This document shows, piece by piece, positions 7,407-11,381 of a DNA stretch of 11,381 bases. The position numbers and the translations under genes are program-made. A model generated the notes under the pieces. That model was not told the origin of the DNA. It searched no databases and worked only from the letters and a program-made list of their open reading frames with translations. Every line of letters begins with the position of its first letter. Positions within the stretch are counted from its first letter, which is position 1. This stretch comes from Sulfurihydrogenibium sp. Lineage in GTDB: Bacteria > Aquificota > Aquificia > Aquificales > Hydrogenothermaceae. The DNA lies in the NCBI GenBank assembly GCA_037442825.1, contig JBBIPN010000044.1, positions 1-11,381 on the forward strand, given 5' to 3'.

Positions 7407-8329
7407 TTTTTTTCTTTATACTTTATAAAGTTTGTTATTGTTAAATTTGTTTTTGGTGTTATGCCTACTTTTTCTCCAAGTTTAACTATAGATCCATTTA
7501 AAGCATCTATCTCTGTTCTTTTGCATGATTTTAAATCGTAATACATTGAAGGAAAATGATCTTTTGTAGGTGGTATAAGGTTTGTATAAAAGTGTTTCTT
7601 GTAATCTTCAGGATTTTTAAAATTAAGAGATATCCTATTTTCTTTTGCTACTAAAAATATCTCATCTATAATTATATCCATTATCTCTTTTGTTTCTTTA
7701 TTTTCTGCTAAAGTACCATAATTACACTCTAATAAAGCACCAAGTGGATTTAAAGCACAGTTATACAGTATTTTGTCCCAAAGTATTTTATAAACATCCC
7801 TTGAAAAGGATGCTGGTATACCAGAATGTTTTATCATACATACAACTTCTAAAACTTCTTTATCATCTAATAAATTTTCTGGTTGTCCTATTCTCACATC
7901 ATCAGCATTTACTGTAATATGAGCATAAAGTGGTTTTATTATTTTTGAACCAAATATAACTCTTCCAATAAGTATTTTTGATTTATCTATATAATTAGAA
8001 GCTATTTCATAGTTTCCATAACCATTTTGAGTTAAAAGTATTTTTGTTTTTTTACCGACTAAATCTTTTATTTGTTTTACTGCCCTTTCCGTATCAAATG
8101 ATTTTACAGCTAATATAATTAGGTCAAATGATATATTTTTTAAATCTTCAACAGAATCTGTTATTTTATCGAGTGTAGCTTTATGGTTTCCCCAAATTCC
8201 TTCAACTTTCAAAATGTTATCTGAATGTTTACTTCTCACTAAACCATATACATTATGACCAGATTCTTTTAAAAATGTTGCAAATACGGTACCAACAGCA
8301 CCTAAACCAACTACTAAAATATTTTTCAT
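7388..8329 (-). CDS. panE: 2-dehydropantoate 2-reductase (ketopantoate reductase family)
   Basis: GLGAVG Rossmann motif, AVKSFD, QNG.G, catalytic Lys in [20 protein letters not shown]...[10 protein letters not shown] with catalytic Glu. ATGA overlap with the thrC stop. Confidence 0.93.
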   Translation of the reverse strand: MKNILVVGLGAVGTVFATFLKESGHNVYGLVRSKHSDNILKVEGIWGNHKATLDKITDSVEDLKNISFDLIILAVKSFDTERAVKQIKDLVGKKTKILLTQNGYGNYEIASNYIDKSKILIGRVIFGSKIIKPLYAHITVNADDVRIGQPENLLDDKEVLEVVCMIKHSGIPASFSRDVYKILWDKILYNCALNPLGALLECNYGTLAENKETKEIMDIIIDEIFLVAKENRISLNFKNPEDYKKHFYTNLIPPTKDHFPSMYYDLKSCKRTEIDALNGSIVKLGEKVGITPKTNLTITNFIKYKEKNQLRID

Positions 8330-9396
8330 TTTAATTCTAAAAACTTAGCTATCTCATCTAAATCTGGTGGTAGTTCTACTGGTTTTTCACTTGCTTTTAT
8401 AACTGTATCAGGGTCTTTTAAACCATTTCCTGTTAATGTACATACTATAGTTTCTCCACCTTTAAATATACCTTTTTTTACACATTTTATAACACCAGCT
8501 ATTGAAGCTGCAGATGCTGGTTCGCAAAATACACCTTCTGTAGAAGCTACAAGTTTATAAGCGCATAAAATTTCCTCATCTGATACTGCATCAATAAAAC
8601 CATTGCTCTCTCTTGCTGCTTGTAATGCCGGTTGCCAGCTGTATGGATTACCTATTTTTATAGCTGTTGCTATTGTTTGTGGGTTTTTTATTGGAAAGCC
8701 TTTTACGATAGGTGCTGCACCTTCCGCTTGCCAACCTATCATTTTAGGTAATTTTTTTACTTTTCCATGCTGATAGTACTCTTTATATCCTTTCCAGTAT
8801 GCTGTTATATTTCCAGCATTTCCAACAGGTATAAAATGGTAATCTGGTGATTCTTCTAAATAATCGCAAATTTCAAAAGCAGCTGTTTTTTGACCTTCTA
8901 TTCTATAAGGATTTACAGAGTTTACAACTTCTACTGGATATTTTTCTCCAATTTCTCTAACTATCTCTAAAGCATCATCAAAATTACCCATAACAGCTAT
9001 TATTTTTGCTCCATACACCATTGCTTGAGATAACTTTCCAAGTGCTACTGCACCTTTTGGTAATAAAACATAAGCTCTCATACCTGCTTTTGCTGCATAA
9101 GCTGCCGCAGATGCTGATGTATTTCCAGTAGATGCACATATTACAGCTTCTTTTTTATTTTCTTTTGCTTTTGATATTGCCATTGTCATCCCACGATCTT
9201 TGAAGGAACCAGTAGGATTTAAACCTTCATACTTGAGATAAATAGTTAAATTTAGATCTTTTGCAATCTCTTTTGATAGATTATCTGCTTTTATAAGTGG
9301 TGTATTGCCTTCACATAAAGTAACTATCGGTGTTGAATCATTAACTGGTAAAAATTCTCTATACGCTTCTATTATACCATTCCATTTACAACCCAA
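8326..9396 (-). CDS. thrC: Threonine synthase (short, PLP fold II)
   Basis: [21 protein letters not shown] (PLP lysine), [56 protein letters not shown] start with AGGAGG SD (9411-9406). Confidence 0.98.
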   Translation of the reverse strand: MGCKWNGIIEAYREFLPVNDSTPIVTLCEGNTPLIKADNLSKEIAKDLNLTIYLKYEGLNPTGSFKDRGMTMAISKAKENKKEAVICASTGNTSASAAAYAAKAGMRAYVLLPKGAVALGKLSQAMVYGAKIIAVMGNFDDALEIVREIGEKYPVEVVNSVNPYRIEGQKTAAFEICDYLEESPDYHFIPVGNAGNITAYWKGYKEYYQHGKVKKLPKMIGWQAEGAAPIVKGFPIKNPQTIATAIKIGNPYSWQPALQAARESNGFIDAVSDEEILCAYKLVASTEGVFCEPASAASIAGVIKCVKKGIFKGGETIVCTLTGNGLKDPDTVIKASEKPVELPPDLDEIAKFLELK

Positions 9397-9411
9397 GAAG
9401 AAATGCCTCCT

Positions 9412-10194
9412 TTATTTTTTAACTTTTATCTCTTTTATAAGTTCTTCTGTTATTGGTCCTTCTGGTTTTCTGTTTATAAACTGTTGAACCAATGGATCTG
9501 GATGATTTTTTATCTCTTCTGGTGTACCAATTGCATAAATTACACCTTTATGTATCATTGCAATTCTATCTGCTATATTAAAAGCACTTTCAAGGTCATG
9601 GGTAACAACTATAGAAGTTACACCAAGATTATCTCTAAGTTTAAGTATAAGCTGATCTATCATAGCTGATGTTACAGGATCTAAACCAGAAGTAGGTTCA
9701 TCATAAAGAATAATCTCAGGATTGTATGATATAGCCCTTGCAAGAGAAACTCTTTTTCTCATTCCGCCTGACAACTGAGAAGGATAGAGATCTTCTACAT
9801 TGATTAATCCAACTAAAGCAAGCTTTTCTTTAGCAATTTTTTTTATATCACTTTCTGATATTTTTGTATTTTCAAGATAGTAAAATCCAACATTCTCCCA
9901 AACTTTCAAACTATCAAATAAAGCACCTTCTTGAAATAAGTATCCTATTTTTTTTCTAAAATCTATAAGTTCAAAATCTTTTAACGTAGATATATTAACA
10001 TTATTTATAATGATTCTTCCAGATGTTGGCTTTAAAAGGCCTACTATATGTTTAATAACGGTACTTTTACCACTACCACTTCCTCCCATAATAACAAATA
10101 CTTCAGATTTTTTAACATCAAATGTTATATTTTTTAAAACTTCTCTACTACCAAACTTTTTTGTAAGATTTTCAACTTTTATTTTCGTTTCCAT
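9412..10194 (-). CDS. ABC transporter ATP-binding protein, MlaF/Mkl/Ttg2A-like
   Basis: Walker A GGSGSGKS, LFQEGALFDSL.V.ENV.F, signature LSGGMRKRVSLARA, LYDEPTSGLDP, VVTHD, and C-terminal DPLVQQFI...PEGPI, typical of the MlaF family. Confidence 0.9.
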   Translation of the reverse strand: METKIKVENLTKKFGSREVLKNITFDVKKSEVFVIMGGSGSGKSTVIKHIVGLLKPTSGRIIINNVNISTLKDFELIDFRKKIGYLFQEGALFDSLKVWENVGFYYLENTKISESDIKKIAKEKLALVGLINVEDLYPSQLSGGMRKRVSLARAISYNPEIILYDEPTSGLDPVTSAMIDQLILKLRDNLGVTSIVVTHDLESAFNIADRIAMIHKGVIYAIGTPEEIKNHPDPLVQQFINRKPEGPITEELIKEIKVKK

Positions 10195-10215
10195 AAAAAT
10201 TTTCCATTTTTATAA

Positions 10216-10236
10216 ATGCTATAATAATTATAACAT
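10216..10236. promoter_or_regulatory. Bidirectional promoter core: two inverted extended -10 boxes
   Basis: ATGCTATAAT-A-ATTATAACAT: TGCTATAAT on + (10217-10225) faces ftsY and TGTTATAAT on - (10235-10227) faces the ABC ATPase gene. Both match TGnTATAAT exactly. Confidence 0.7.
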
Positions 10237-10257
10237 GAAAATGTAAGGAGCTTGTAA

Positions 10258-11172
10258 ATGTTAAAATCTATGTTTGATAAAATAAAAAAAAGTTTAGAAA
10301 AAACAAAAAAACAGCTTATTGAAGGTTTTAATAAAATATCTTTTGGTAGAAAGATTGATGAATCTTTATTTGAAGAGATAGAAACAGTTTTATTAAAATC
10401 TGATGTTGGTATTCAAGCAACACAAGAGATAATAGAGTTTTTAAAAACAGAAAGTAAAAAGAGGAAAATAACAGAAGGAGAACAACTTAAAGAACTTTTA
10501 AAAGAGAAAATTTATGAGATTCTAAAAGATTGTGAAGGCAGATTTAAATTTTTAGGTGAAAAACCAGATATAATAATTTTTCTTGGAATAAATGGAAGTG
10601 GAAAAACTACAACTGTAGGAAAACTTGCTTATTTACTAAAACAAGAAGGTAAATCGATAGTTTTAGCAGCCGCTGATACATTTAGAGCTGCAGCAATAGA
10701 CCAACTTGAAGTTTGGGCAAACAGAGTAAATGTCAGAATTGTAAAACATAATCAAGGAGCTGATCCTTCAGCTGTTGTTTTTGATGCTATAAACAGTGCT
10801 AAAGCAAAAAATGATGATATAGTAATAGTAGATACAGCAGGTAGACTACATACAAAAGAACACCTTATGAAAGAACTTCAAAAAATAAAAAAGACCATTA
10901 CAAAATTTTCTATAAACCAACCAGTAGAAACACTACTTGTACTAGATGGAACACTTGGACAAAATTCTATAAACCAAGCTAAAACATTTAAAGAAGCTAC
11001 AGATGTAAGTGGAATAATAATAACCAAACTTGATGGTACTGCAAAAGGTGGTGCAATAATACCTATATGTAAAGACCTAAAAATACCAATAAAATTTATA
11101 GGAATAGGAGAATCTATAGAAGATTTACAACCTTTTAATGCAAAAGAATTTGTAGATGCTTTATTTAGTTAA
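10258..11172 (+). CDS. ftsY: Signal recognition particle receptor FtsY (short NG-only form)
   Basis: GINGSGKTTT, AADTFRAAA, DTAGRLH, DGTLGQN, TKLDGTAKGG, IG.GE..EDL.PF; basic amphipathic N-terminal helix and no acidic A domain; AAGGAG SD. Confidence 0.98.
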   Translation: MLKSMFDKIKKSLEKTKKQLIEGFNKISFGRKIDESLFEEIETVLLKSDVGIQATQEIIEFLKTESKKRKITEGEQLKELLKEKIYEILKDCEGRFKFLGEKPDIIIFLGINGSGKTTTVGKLAYLLKQEGKSIVLAAADTFRAAAIDQLEVWANRVNVRIVKHNQGADPSAVVFDAINSAKAKNDDIVIVDTAGRLHTKEHLMKELQKIKKTITKFSINQPVETLLVLDGTLGQNSINQAKTFKEATDVSGIIITKLDGTAKGGAIIPICKDLKIPIKFIGIGESIEDLQPFNAKEFVDALFS

Positions 11173-11176
11173 AAAA

Positions 11177-11185
11177 TGATATAAT
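11177..11185 (+). promoter_or_regulatory. Extended -10 element for the tRNA gene
   Basis: TGATATAAT (TGn-TATAAT) ending 13 bp before the tRNA 5' end; no clear -35. Confidence 0.6.
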
Positions 11186-11198
11186 ATATACCCTAATT

Positions 11199-11282
11199 GC
11201 GAGTGTGGCGGAACAGGCAGACGCGCGGGACTTAGGATCCCGTGCCTGAAAGGGCGTGTGGGTTCAACTCCCACCACTCGCA
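11199..11282 (+). tRNA. tRNA-Leu, anticodon TAG (class II)
   Basis: Acceptor stem GCGAGTG/CACTCGC with discriminator A; D arm GCG...CGC containing GG; anticodon stem CGGGA/TCCCG with loop CTTAGGA (TAG at 11233-11235); long variable arm GCCT-GAAA-GGGC; T arm GTGGG-TTCAACT-CCCAC. CCA is not encoded. Confidence 0.98.
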
Positions 11283-11381
11283 TTAAAATTATTTAGTATC
11301 AGACTTAAATCTTACACTTGATTTCTTAAAGAGATTAAACTTCAAACACAAAAATAATGCTTTCTGGAAATTGTTCAAAAA

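Noticed and set aside
113..8329. A dedicated vitamin-biosynthesis island (panC, thiD, bioB, panE)
   Set aside because: The genes sit in four different transcription units, partners (panB, panD, other thi and bio genes) are absent, and there is no compositional boundary; consistent with ordinary shuffled core genome.
923..10246. Short opposite-strand ORFs (923-1123, 2077-2349, 2767-2997, 3269-3457, 4289-4498, 5624-5938, 7690-7917, 9305-9487, 9403-9669, 10010-10246)
   Set aside because: All lie largely antisense to well-supported genes and have no recognisable motifs; they are shadow ORFs.
10258..11172. Truncated ftsY lacking the acidic domain
   Set aside because: Short NG-only FtsY is common outside enterobacteria; SD, start and all GTPase motifs are intact.
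11283..11381. C-terminus of a minus-strand gene entering from the right (FEQFPESIIFVFEV-stop at 11337-11335, or a longer frame ending near 11289)
   Set aside because: Too short, two frames are open, and there is no motif; cannot be supported without flanking sequence.

Overview
AT-rich, gene-dense bacterial housekeeping region. Protein style and composition suggest a thermophilic Aquificota lineage such as Hydrogenothermaceae (inference only). Left to right: a leftward run of gpsA, a YajR-like MFS transporter, a rhomboid protease, a Spy/CpxP-like periplasmic protein, panC and the 5' end of a MoxR AAA+ ATPase (missed by the ORF track); thiD converging on bioB; an unusually long 579-bp intergenic gap; a Yip1-type membrane protein converging on a leftward mlaF-like ABC ATPase-thrC-panE run; then ftsY and tRNA-Leu(TAG). 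The most interesting signals are outside the annotated genes. (1) The long gap holds a frameshifted relic of an Rpn/YhgA-like (PD-(D/E)XK 'transposase') gene whose internal RpnS-type start, with a perfect Shine-Dalgarno, is intact and opens a 49-aa ORF. (2) A BirA-type operator overlaps the bioB promoter. (3) A near-perfect palindrome between the ABC ATPase and ftsY reads as two inverted extended -10 boxes and also as a PerR-type box. I see no intact novel multi-gene system here.
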